A DNA stretch of 64,000 bases, from the NCBI RefSeq assembly GCF_009914755.1, contig NC_060933.1; one strand, given 5' to 3'. How positions within the stretch are numbered: position 1 is the stretch's first letter; every line of letters starts with the position of its first letter. Of the stretch, positions 11,569 to 24,321 are shown piece after piece. Below the pieces are notes generated by a model that was not told the origin of the DNA, ran no database searches, and saw only the letters and a list, made by a program, of their open reading frames with translations. A program made the position numbers and the translations under genes. The DNA comes from the human T2T-CHM13v2.0 reference genome, Homo sapiens.

Positions 11569-13440
11569 ATTCTCAGAAACTTGTTTGTGATGTGTGTATT
11601 CAACTAACAGAGATGAACCTTTCTTTTTACAGAGCAGTTTTGAAACACTCTTTTTGTGGAATCTGAAAGTGGATATTTGGATAGCTTTGAGGATTTCGTT
11701 GGAAACGGGATTACATATAAAACCTAGAGAGAAGCATTCTCAGGAACTTCTTTGTGATGTTTGCCTTCAAGTCACAGGACTGAACATTCCCTTTCATAGA
11801 GCAGGTTTGAAACACTCTTTCTGTAGTATCTGCAAGCTGACGTTTCAAGCGCTTTCAGGCCTATGGTGAGAAAGGAAATATCTTCAAGTAAAAACTAGAC
11901 AGAAGCATTCTCAGAAACATATTTGAGATGTGTGTTCTCAACTAACAGAGTTGAACCTTTGTTTTGATATGGCATTTTGGAAACACTCTTTTTGTAGAAT
12001 CTGCAGGTGGATATTCGGATAGCTTTGAAGGTTTCGTTGGAAACGGGAATATCTTCATATAAAATCTAGACGGAACCATTCTCAGAAACTGCTTTGTGAT
12101 GTTTTCATTCAAGTCACAGAGTAGAATGTTCCCTGTTATATACCAGGTTAGAGACACTCTTTCTGCACTACCTGGAAGTGGACATTTGCAGCGCTTTGAG
12201 GCCTATGATGAAAAAGGAAATATCGTCCCATAAAAACTAGACAGAAGCATTCTCAGAAACTTGTTTGTGATGTGTGTATTCAACTAACAGAGATGAACCT
12301 TTCTTTTTACAGAGCAGTTTTGAAACACTCTTTTTGTGGAATCTGAAAGTGGATATTTGGATAGCTTTGAGGATTTCGTTGGAAACGGGATTACATATAA
12401 CATCTAGAGAGAAGCATTCTCAGGAACTTCTTTGTGATGTTTGCATTCACGTCACAGAACTGAACATTCCCTTTCATAGAGCATGTTTGAAACACTCTTT
12501 CTGTAGTATCTGCAAGCGGACGTTTTAAGCGCTTTCAGGCCTGTGGTGAGAAAGGAAATATCTTCAAATAAAAACTAGACAGAAGCATTCTCAGAAACTT
12601 ATTTGCGATGTGTGTCCTCAACTAACAGAGTTGAACCTTTCTTTTGATACAACATTTTGGAAACACTCTTTTTGTAGAATCTGCAAGTGGATATTTGGAT
12701 AGCTTTGAAGGTTTCGTTGGAAACGGGAATATCTTCATATGAAATCAAGACAGAAGCATTCTCAGAAACTTCTCTGTGATGTTTGCATTCAACTCATAGA
12801 GTTGAACACTTCCCTTCATACAGCAGGTTTGAAACACTCTTTTTCTAATATTTGGAAGTGGACATTTGCAGCGCTTTGAGGCCTATGTTGAAAAAGGAAA
12901 TATCTTCTCCTAAAAACCAGACAGAAGCATTCTCAGAAACTTCCTTGTGATGTGTGTACTCAAGTAACAGAGTTGAACCTTCCTTTTGACAGAGCAGTTT
13001 TGAAGCACTCTTTTTGTAGAATCTGCAAGTGGATATTTTGATACCTTTGAGGATTTCGTTGGACACGGGATATCGTCATATAAAATCTAGACAGAAGCAT
13101 TCTCAGAAACTTCTTTGTTCTGTATGTCCTCAATTAACAGAGTTGAACCTTTGTGTGGATACAGGATTTTGGAAACATTCCTTTAGTAGAATCTGCAAGT
13201 TGATATTTAGATAGCTAGGAAGATTTCCTTGGAAACGGGAATATCTTCATATAAAATCTAGACGGAAGCATTCTCAGAAAGTGCTTTGTGATGTTTGCAT
13301 TCAAGTCACAGAGTTGAATATTCCCTTTTATACAGCAGGTTTGAAACACTCTTTCTGCACTACCTGGAAGTGGACATTTGGAGCGCTTTGAGGCCTATGT
13401 TGAAAAAGGAAATATCTTCCCATAAAAACTAGACAGAAGC
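11569..13440 (+). repeat. 11-mer HOR of a second kind (H/T hybrid tetramer)
   Basis: 2x680+512; the second tetramer switches from H to T alleles between 12484 and 12516. Confidence 0.88.
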
Positions 13441-15988
13441 ATTCTCAGAAACTTGTTTGTGATGTGTGTATTCAACTAACAGAGATGAACCTTTCTTTTT
13501 ACAGAGCAGTTTTGAAACACTCTTTTTGTGGAATCTGAAAGTGGATATTTGGATAGCTTTGAGGATTTCGTTGGAAACGGGATTACATATAAAACCTAGA
13601 GAGAAGCATTCTCAGGAACTTCTTTGTGATGTTTGCCTTCAAGTCACAGGACTGAACATTCCCTTTCATAGAGCAGGTTTGAAACACTCCTTCTGTAGTA
13701 TCTGCAAGCTGACGTTTCAAGCGCTTTCAGGCCTATGGTGACAAAGGAAATATCTTCAAGTAAAAACTAGACAGAAGCATTCTCAGAAACTTATTTGCCA
13801 TGTGTGTTCTCAACTAACAGAGTTGAACCTTTGTTTTGATACGGCATTTTGGAAACACTCTTTTTGTAGAATCTGCAGGTGGATATTCGGATAGCTTTGA
13901 AGGTTTCGTTGGAAACGGGAATATTTTCATATAAAATCTAGACGGAAGCATTCTCAGAAACTGCTTTGTGATGTTTGCATTCAAGTCACAGAGTAGAATG
14001 TTCCCTGTTATATACCAGGTTTGAGACACTCTTTCTGCACTACCTGGAAGTGGACGTTTGGAGCGCTTTGAGGCCTATGTTGAAAAAGGAAATATCTTCC
14101 CATAAAAACTAGACAGAAGCATTCTCAGAAACTTGTTTGTGATGTGTGTATTCAACTAACAGAGATGAACCTTTCTTTTTACAGAGCAGTTTTGAAACAC
14201 TCTTTTTGTGGAATCTGAAAGTGGATATTTGGATAGCTTTGAGGATTTCGTTGGAAACGGGATTACATATAAAACCTAGAGAGAAGCATTCTCAGGAACT
14301 TCTTTGTGATGTTTGCATTCAAGTCACAGAACTGAACATTCCCTTTCATAGAGCAGGTTTGAAACACTCTTTCTGTAGTATCTGCAAGCTGACGTTTCAA
14401 GAGCTTTCAGGCCTATGGTGAGAAAGGAAATATCTTCAAGTAAAAACTAGACAGAAGCATTCTCAGAAACTTATTTGCGATGTGTGTTCTCAACTAACAG
14501 AGTTGAACCTTTGTTTTGATATGGCATTTTGGAAACACTCTTTTTGTAGAATCTGCAGGTGGATATTCGGATAGCTTTGAAGGTTTCGTTGGAAACGGGA
14601 ATATCTTCATATAAAATCTAGACGGAAGCATTCTCAGAAACTGCTTTGTGATGTTTTCATTCAAGTCACAGAGTAGAATGTTCCCTGTTATATACCAGGT
14701 TTGAGACACTCTTTCTGCACTACCTGGAAGTGGACATTTGCAGCGCTTTGAGGCCTATGATGAAAAAGGAAATATCTTCCCATAAAAACTAGACAGAAGC
14801 ATTCTCAGAAACTTGTTTGTGATGTGTGTATTCAACTAACAGAGATGAACCTTTCTTTTTACAGAGCAGTTTTGAAACACTCTTTTTGTGGAATCTGAAA
14901 GTGGATATTTGGATAGCTTTGAGGATTTCGTTGGAAACGGGATTACATATAAAATCTAGAGAGAAGCATTCTCAGGAACTTCTTTGTGATGTTTGCATTC
15001 ACGTCACAGAACTGAACATTCCCTTTCATAGAGCATGTTTGAAACACTCTGTAGTATCTGCAAACGGACATTTCAAACGCTTTCAGGCCTATGGTGAGAA
15101 AGGAAATATCTTCACATAAAAACTAGACAGAAGCATTCTCAGAAACTTATTTGCGATGTGTGTCCTCAACTAACAGAGTTGAACCTTTCTTTTGATACAA
15201 CATTTTGGAAACACTCTTTTTGTAGAATCTGCAAGTGGATATTTGAATAGCTTTGAAGGTTTCGTTGGAAACGGGAATATCTTCATATAAAATCAAGACA
15301 GAAGCATTCTCAGAAACTTCTCTGTGATGTTTGCATTCAACTCATAGAGTTGAACACTTCCCTTCATACAGCAGGTTTGAAACACTCTTTTTGTAATATT
15401 TGGAAGTGGACATTTGCAGCGCTTTGAGGCCTATGATGAAAAAGGAAATATCTTCCCATAAAAACTAGACAGAAGCATTCTCAGAAACTTGTTTGTGATG
15501 TGTGTATTCAACTAACAGAGATGAACCTTTCTTTTTACAGAGCAGTTTTGAAACACTCTTTTTGTGGAATCTGAAAGTGGATATTTGGATAGCTTTGCGG
15601 ATTTCGTTGGAAACGGGATATCTTCATATAAAATCTAGACAGAAGCATTCTCAGAAACTTCTTTGTGCTGTATGTCCTCAATTAACAGAGTTGAACCTTT
15701 GTGTGGATACAGCATTTTGGAAACATTCCTTTAGTAGAATCTGCAAGTTGATATTTAGATAGCTAGGAAGATTTCCTTGGAAACGGGAATATCTTCATAT
15801 AAAATCTAGACGGAAGCATTCTCAGAAAGTGCTTTGTGATGTTTGCATTCAAGTCACAGAGTTGAATATTCCCTTTTATAGAGCAGGTGTGAAACACTCT
15901 TTCTGCACTACCTGGAAGTGGACATTTGGAGCGCTTTGAGGCCTATGTTGAAAAAGGAAATATCTTCCCATAAAAACTAGACAGAAGC
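13441..15988 (+). repeat. Atypical 15-mer HOR (L,I,H, fused T/trimer), 2548 bp
   Basis: 4-bp deletion at ~15050; the T tetramer is lost by fusion at ~15615. Confidence 0.88.
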
Positions 15989-18900
15989 ATTCTCAGAAAC
16001 TTGTTTGTGATGTGTGTATTCAACTAACAGAGATGAACCTTTCTTTTTACAGAGCAGTTTTGAAACACTCTTTCTGTGGAATCTGAAAGTGGATATTTGG
16101 ATAGCTTTGAGGATTTCGTTGGAAACGGGATTACATATAAAACCTAGAGAGAAGCATTCTCAGGAACTTCTTTTTGATGTTTGCATTCAAGTCACAGAAC
16201 TGAACATTCCCTTTCATAGAGCAGGTTTGAAACACTCTTTCTGTAGTATCTGCAAGCTGACGTTTCAAGCGCTTTCAGGCCTATGGTGAGAAAGGAAATA
16301 TCTTCAAGTAAAAACTAGACAGAAGCATTCTCAGAAACTTATTTGCGATGTGTGTTCTCAACTAACAGTGTTGAACCTTTGTTTTGATATGGCATTTTGG
16401 AAACACTGTTTTGTAGAATCTGCAGGTGGATATTCGGATAGCTTTGAAGGTTTCGTTGGAAACGGGAATATCTTCATATAAAATCTAGACGGAAGCATTC
16501 TCAGAAACTGCTTTGTGATGTTTTCATTCAAGTCACAGAGTAGAATGTTCCCTGTTATATACCAGGTTTGAGACACTCTTTCTGCACTACCTGGAAGTGG
16601 ACATTTGCAGCGCTTTGAGGCCTATGATGAAAAAGGAAATATCTTCCCATAAAAACTAGACAGAAGCATTCTCAGAAACTTGTTTTTGATGTGTGTATTC
16701 AACTAACAGAGATGAACCTTTCTTTTTACAGAGCAGTTTTGAAACACTCTTTTTGTGGAATCTGAAAGTGGATATTTGGATAGCTTTGAGGATTTCGTTG
16801 GAAACAGGATTACATATAAAATCTAGAGAGAAGCATTCTCAGGAACTTCTTTGTGATGTTTGCATTCACGTCACAGAACTGAACATTCCCTTTCATAGAG
16901 CATGTTTGAAACACTCTTTCTGTAGTATCTGCAAACGGACATTTCAAACGCTTTCAGGCCTATGGTGAGAAAGGAAATATCTTCACATAAAAACTAGACA
17001 GAAGCATTCTCAGAAACTTATTTGCGATGTGTGTCCTCAACTAACAGAGTTGAACCTTTCTTTTGATACAACATTTTGGAAACACTCTTTTTGTAGAATC
17101 TGCAAGTGGATATTTGAATAGCTTTGAAGGTTTCGTTGCAAACGGGAATATCTTCATATAAAATCAAGACAGAAGCATTCTCAGAAACTTCTCTGTGATG
17201 TTTGCATTCAACTCATAGAGTTGAACACTTCCCTTCATACAGCAGGTTTGAAACACTCTTTTTGTAATATTTGGAAGTGGACATTTGCAGCGCTTTGAGG
17301 CCTATGATGAAAAAGGTAATATCTTCCCATAAAAACTAGACAGAAGCATTCTCAGAAACTTGTTTGTGATGTGTGTATTCAACTAACACAGATGAACCTT
17401 TCTTTTTACAGAGCAGTTTTGAAACACTCTTTTTGTGGAATCTGAAAGTGGATATTTGGATAGCTTTGCGGATTTCGTTGGAAACGGTATTACATATAAA
17501 ACCTAGAGAGAAGCATTCTCAGGAACTTCTTTGCGATGTTTGCATTCAAGTCACAGAACTGAACATTCCCTTTCATAGAGCAGGTTTGAAACACTCTTTC
17601 TGTAGTATCTGCAAGCTGACGTTTCAAGCGCTTTCAGGCCTATGGTGAGAAAGGAAATTTCTGCAAGTAAAAACTAGACAGAAGCATTCTCAGAAACTTA
17701 TTTGCGATGTGTGTTCTCAACTAACAGAGTTGAACCTTTGTTTTGATATGGCATTTTGGAAACACTCTTTTTGTAGAATCTGCAGGTGGATATTCGGATA
17801 GCTTTGAAGGTTTCGTTGGAAACGGGAATATCTTCATATAAAATCTAGACGGAAGCATTCTCAGAAACTGCTTTGTGATGTTTTCATTCAAGTCACAGAG
17901 TAGAATGTTACCTGTTATATACCAGGTTTGAGACACTCTTTCTGCACTACCTGGAAGTGGACGTTTGGAGCGCTTTGAGGCCTATGTTGAAAAAGGAAAT
18001 ATCTTCCCATAAAAACTAGACAGAAGCATTCTCAGAAACTTGTTTTTGATGTGTGTATTCAACTAACAGAGATGAACCTTTCTTTTTACAGAGCAGTTTT
18101 GAAACACTCTTTTTGTGGAATCTGAAAGTGGATATTTGGATAGCTTTGAGGATTTCGTTGGAAACGGGATTACATATAAAATCTAGAGAGAAGCATTCTC
18201 AGGAACTTCTTTGTGATGTTTGCATTCACGTCACAGAACTGAACATTCCCTTTCATAGAGCATGTTTGAAACACTCTTTCTGTAGTATCTGCAAACGGAC
18301 ATTTCAAACGCTTTCAGGCCTATGGTGAGAAAGGAAATATCTTCAAATAAAAACTAGACAGAAGCATTCTCAGAAACTTATTTGCGATGTGTGTCCTCAA
18401 CTATCAGAGTTGAACCTTTCTTTTGATACAACATTTTGGAACCACTCTTTTTGTAGAATCTGCAAGTGGATATTTGAATAGCTTTGAAGGTTTCGTTGGA
18501 AACGGGAATATCTTCATATAAAATCAAGACAGAAGCATTCTCAGAAACTTCTCTGTGATGTTTGCATTCAACTCATAGAGTTGAACACTTCCCTTCATAC
18601 AGCAGGTTTGAAACACTCTTTTTGTAATATTTGGAAGTGGACATTTGCAGCGCTTTGAGGCCTATGATGAAAAAGGAAATATCTTCCCATAAAAACTAGA
18701 CAGAAGCATTCTCAGAAACTTGTTTGTGATGTGTGTATTCAACTAACAGAGATGAACCTTTCTTTTTACAGAGCAGTTTTGAAACACTCTTTTTGTGGAA
18801 TCTGAAAGTGGATATTTGGATAGCTTTGCGGATTTCGTTGGAAACGGGATTACATATAAAATCTAGGGAGAAGCATTCTCAGGAACTTCTTTGTGATGTT

Positions 18901-19899
18901 TGCATTCAAGTCACAGAACTGAACATTCCCTTTCATAGAGCAGGTTTGAAACACTCTTTCTGTAGTATCTGCAAGCGGACGTTTTAAGCGCTTTCAGGCC
19001 TGTGGTGAGAAAGGAAATATCTTCAAATAAAAACTAGACAGAAGCATTCTCAGAAACTTATTTGCGATGTGTGTCCTCAACTAACAGAGTTGAACCTTTC
19101 TTTTGATACAACATTTTGGAAACACTCTTTTTGTAGAATCTGCAAGTGGATATTTGGATAGCTTTGAAGGTTTCGTTGGAAACGGGAATATCTTCATATG
19201 AAATCAAGACAGAAGCATTCTCAGAAACTTCTCTGTGATGTTTGCATTCAACTCATAGAGTTGAACACTTCCCTTCATACAGCAGGTTTGAAACACTCTT
19301 TTTCTAATATTTGGAAGTGGACATTTGCAGCGCTTTGAGGCCTATGTTGAAAAAGGAAATATCTTCTCCTAAAAACCAGACAGAAGCATTCTCAGAAACT
19401 TCCTTGTGATGTGTGTACTCAAGTAACAGAGTTGAACCTTCCTTTTGACAGAGCAGTTTTGAAGCACTCTTTTTGTAGAATCTGCAAGTGGATATTTTGA
19501 TACCTTTGAGGATTTCGTTGGACGCGGGATATCTTCATATAAAATCTAGACAGAAGCATTCTCAGAAACTTCTTTGTGCTGTATGTCCTCAATTAACAGA
19601 GTTGAACCTTTGTGTGGATACAGCATTTTGGAAACATTCCTTTAGTAGAATCTGCAAGTTGATATTTAGATAGCTAGGAAGATTTCCTTGGAAACGGGAA
19701 TATCTTCATATAAAATCTAGACGGAAGCATTCTCAGAAAGTGCTTTGTGATGTTTGCATTCAAGTCACAGAGTTGAATATTCCCTTTTATAGAGCAGGTT
19801 TGAAACACTCTTTCTGCACTACCTGGAAGTGGACATTTGGAGCGCTTTGAGGCCTATGTTGAAAAAGGAAATATCTTCCCATAAAAACTAGACAGAAGC
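15989..19899 (+). repeat. 23-mer HOR, 3911 bp
   Basis: 5x680+512 minus 1 bp (near 16408). Confidence 0.9.
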
Positions 19900-21771
19900 A
19901 TTCTCAGAAACTTGTTTGTGATGTGTGTATTCAACTAACAGAGATGAACCTTTCTTTTTACAGAGCAGTTTTGAAACACTCTTTTTGTGGAATCTGAAAG
20001 TGGATATTTGGATAGCTTTGAGGATTTCGTTGGAAACGGGATTACATATAAAACCTAGAGAGAAGCATTCTCAGGAACTTCTTTGTGATGTTTGCCTTCA
20101 AGTCACAGGACTGAACATTCCCTTTCATAGAGCAGGTTTGAAACACTCTTTCTGTAGTATCTGCAAGCTGACGTTTCAAGCGCTTTCAGGCCTATGGTGA
20201 GAAAGGAAATATCTTCAAGTAAAAACTAGACAGAAGCATTCTCAGAAACTTATTTGAGATGTGTGTTCTCAACTAACAGAGTTGAACCTTTGTTTTGATA
20301 TGGCATTTTGGAAACACTCTTTTTGTAGAATCTGCAGGTGGATATTCGGATAGCTTTGAAGGTTTCGTTGGAAACGGGAATATCTTCATATAAAATCAAG
20401 ACAGAAGCATTCTCAGAAACTTCTCTGTGATGTTTGCATTCAACTCATAGAGTTGAACACTTCCCTTCATACAGCAGGTTTGAAACACTCTTTTTGTAAT
20501 ATTTGGAAGTGGACATTTGCAGCGCTTTGAGGCCTATCATGAAAAAGGAAATATCTTCCCATAAAAACTAGACAGAAGCATTCTCAGAAACTTGTTTGTG
20601 ATGTGTGTATTCAACTAACAGAGATGAACCTTTCTTTTTACAGAGCAGTTTTGAAACACTCTTTTTGTGGAATCTGAAAGTGGATATTTGGATAGCTTTG
20701 CGGATTTCGTTGGAAACGGGATTACATATAAAATCTAGGGAGAAGCATTCTCAGGAACTTCTTTGTGATGTTTGCATTCAAGTCACAGAACTGAACATTC
20801 CCTTTCATAGAGCAGGTTTGAAACACTCTTTCTGTAGTATCTGCAAGCGGACGTTTTAAGCGCTTTCAGGCCTGTGGTGAGAAAGGAAATATCTTCAAAT
20901 AAAAACTAGACAGAAGCATTCTCAGAAACTTATTTGCGATGTGTGTCCTCAACTAACAGAGTTGAACCTTTCTTTTGATACAACATTTTGGAAACACTCT
21001 TTTTGTAGAATCTGCAAGTGGATATTTGGATAGCTTTGAAGGTTTCGTTGGAAACGGGAATATCTTCATATGAAATCAAGACAGAAGCATTCTCAGAAAC
21101 TTCTCTGTGATGTTTGCATTCAACTCATAGAGTTGAACACTTCCCTTCATACAGCAGGTTTGAAACACTCTTTTTGTAATATTTGGAAGTGGACATTTGC
21201 AGCGCTTTGAGGCCTATGTTGAAAAAGGAAATATCTTCTCCTAAAAACCAGACAGAAGCATTCTCAGAAACTTCCTTGTGATGTGTGTACTCAAGTAACA
21301 GAGTTGAACCTTCATTTTGACAGAGCAGTTTTGAAGCACTCTTTTTGTAGAATCTGCAAGTGGATATTTTGATACCTTTGAGGATTTCGTTGGACACGGG
21401 ATATCTTCATATAAAATCTAGACAGAAGCATTCTCAGAAACTTCTTTGTGCTGTATGTCCTCAATTAACAGAGTTGAACCTTTGTGTGGATACAGCATTT
21501 TGGAAACATTCCTTTAGTAGAATCTGCAAGTTGATATTTAGATAGCTAGGAAGATTTCCTTGGAAACGGGAATATCTTCATATAAAATCTAGACGGAAGC
21601 ATTCTCAGAAAGTGCTTTGTGATGTTTGCATTCAAGTCACAGAGTTGAATATTCCCTTTTATAGAGCAGGTTTGAAACACTCTTTCTGCACTACCTGGAA
21701 GTGGACATTTGGAGCGCTTTGAGGCCTATGTTGAAAAAGGAAATATCTTCCCATAAAAACTAGACAGAAGC
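19900..21771 (+). repeat. 11-mer HOR (L/H type)
   Basis: 2x680+512. Confidence 0.9.
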
Positions 21772-24321
21772 ATTCTCAGAAACTTGTTTGTGATGTGTGT
21801 ATTCAACTAACAGAGATGAACCTTTCTTTTTACAGAGCAGTTTTGAAACACTCTTTTTGTGGAATCTGAAAGTGGATATTTGGATAGCTTTGAGGATTTC
21901 GTTGGAAACGGGATTACATATAAAACCTAGAGAGAAGCATTCTCAGGAACTTCTTTTTGATGTTTGCCTTCAAGTCACAGGACTGAACATTCCCTTTCAT
22001 AGAGCAGGTTTGAAACACTCTTTCTGTAGTATCTGCAAGCTGACGTTTCAAGCGCTTTCAGGCCTATGGTGAGAAAGGAAATATCTTCAAGTAAAAACTA
22101 GACAGAAGCATTCTCAGAAACATATTTGCCATGTGTGTTCTCAACTAACAGAGTTGAACCTTTGTTTTGATACGGCATTTTGGAAACACTCTTTTTGTAG
22201 TATCTGCAGGTGGATATTCGGATAGCTTTGAAGGTTTCGTTGGAAACGGGAATATCTTCATATAAAATCTAGACGGAAGCATTCTCAGAAACTGCTTTGT
22301 GATGTTTTCATTCAAGTCACAGAGTAGAATGTTCCCTGTTATATACCAGGTTTGAGACACTCTTTCTGCACTACCTGGAAGTGGACGTTTGGAGCGCTTT
22401 GAGGCCTATGTTGAAAAAGGAAATATCTTCCCATAAAAACTAGACAGAAGCATTCTCAGAAACTTGTTTGTGATGTGTGTATTCAACTAACAGAGATGAA
22501 CCTTTCTTTTTACAGAGCAGTTTTGAAACACTCTTTTTGTGGAATCTGAAAGTGGATATTTGGATAGCTTTGAGGATTTCGTTGGAAACGTGATTACATA
22601 TAAAATCTAGAGAGAAGCATTCTCAGGAACTTCTTTGTGATGTTTGCATTCACGTCACAGAACTGAACATTCCCTTTCATAGAGCATGTTTGAAACACTC
22701 TTTCTGTAGTATCTGCAAACGGACATTTCAAACGCTTTCAGGCCTATGGTGAGAAAGGAAATATCTTCAAAGAAAAACTAGACAGAAGCATTCTCAGAAA
22801 CTTATTTGCGATGTGTGTCCTCAACTATCAGAGTTGAACCTTTCTTTTGATACAACATTTTGGAACCACTCTTTTTGTAGAATCTGCAAGTGGATATTTG
22901 AATAGCTTTGAAGGTTTCGTTGGAAACGGGAATATCTTCATATAAAATCAAGACAGAAGCATTCTCAGAAACTTCTCTGTGATGTTTGCATTCAACTCAT
23001 AGAGTTGAACACTTCCCTTCATACAGCAGGTTTGAAACACTCTTTTTGTAATATTTGGAAGTGGACATTTGCAGCGCTTTGAGGCCTATGATGAAAAAGG
23101 AAATATCTTCCCATAAAAACTAGACAGAAGCATTCTCAGAAACTTGTTTGTGATGTGTGTATTCAACTAACAGATGAACCTTTCTTTTTACAGAGCAGTT
23201 TTGAAACACTCTTTTTGTGGAATCTGAAAGTGGATATTTGGATAGCTTTGCGGATTTCGTTGGAAACGGGATTACATATAAAATCTAGGGAGAAGCATTC
23301 TCAGGAACTTCTTTGTGATGTTTGCATTCAAGTCACAGAACTGAACATTCCCTTTCATAGAGCAGGTTTGAAACACTCTTTCTGTAGTATCTGCAAGCGG
23401 ACGTTTTAAGCGCTTTCAGGCCTGTGGTGAGAAAGGAAATATCTTCAAATAAAAACTAGACAGAAGCATTCTCAGAAACTTATTTGCGATGTGTGTCCTC
23501 AACTAACAGAGTTGAACCTTTCTTTTGATACAACATTTTGGAAACACTCTTTTTGTAGAATCTGCAAGTGGATATTTGGATAGCTTTGAAGGTTTCGTTG
23601 GAAACGGGAATATCTTCATATGAAATCAAGACAGAAGCATTCTCAGAAACTTCTCTGTGATGTTTGCATTCAACTCATAGAGTTGAACACTTCCCTTCAT
23701 ACAGCAGGTTTGAAACACTCTTTTTCTAATATTTGGAAGTGGACATTTGCAGCGCTTTGAGGCCTATGTTGAAAAAGGAAATATCTTCTCCTAAAAACCA
23801 GACAGAAGCATTCTCAGAAACTTCCTTGTGATGTGTGTACTCAAGTAACAGAGTTGAACCTTCCTTTTGACAGAGCAGTTTTGAAGCACTCTTTTTGTAG
23901 AATCTGCAAGTGGATATTTTGATACCTTTGAGGATTTCGTTGGACACGGGATATCTTCATATAAAATCTAGACAGAAGCATTCTCAGAAACTTCTTTGTG
24001 CTGTATGTCCTCAATTAACAGAGTTGAACCTTTGTGTGGATACAGCATTTTGGAAACATTCCTTTAGTAGAATCTGCAAGTTGATATTTAGATAGCTAGG
24101 AAGATTTCCTTGGAAACGGGAATATCTTCATATAAAATCTAGACGGAAGCATTCTCAGAAAGTGCTTTGTGATGTTTGCATTCAAGTCACAGAGTTGAAT
24201 ATTCCCTTTTATAGAGCAGGTTTGAAACACTCTTTCTGCACTACCTGGAAGTGGACATTTGGAGCGCTTTGAGGCCTATGTTGAAAAAGGAAATATCTTC
24301 CCATAAAAACTAGACAGAAGC
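21772..24321 (+). repeat. 15-mer HOR, 2550 bp
   Basis: 3x680+512 minus a 2-bp GA deletion near 23173. Confidence 0.9.
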
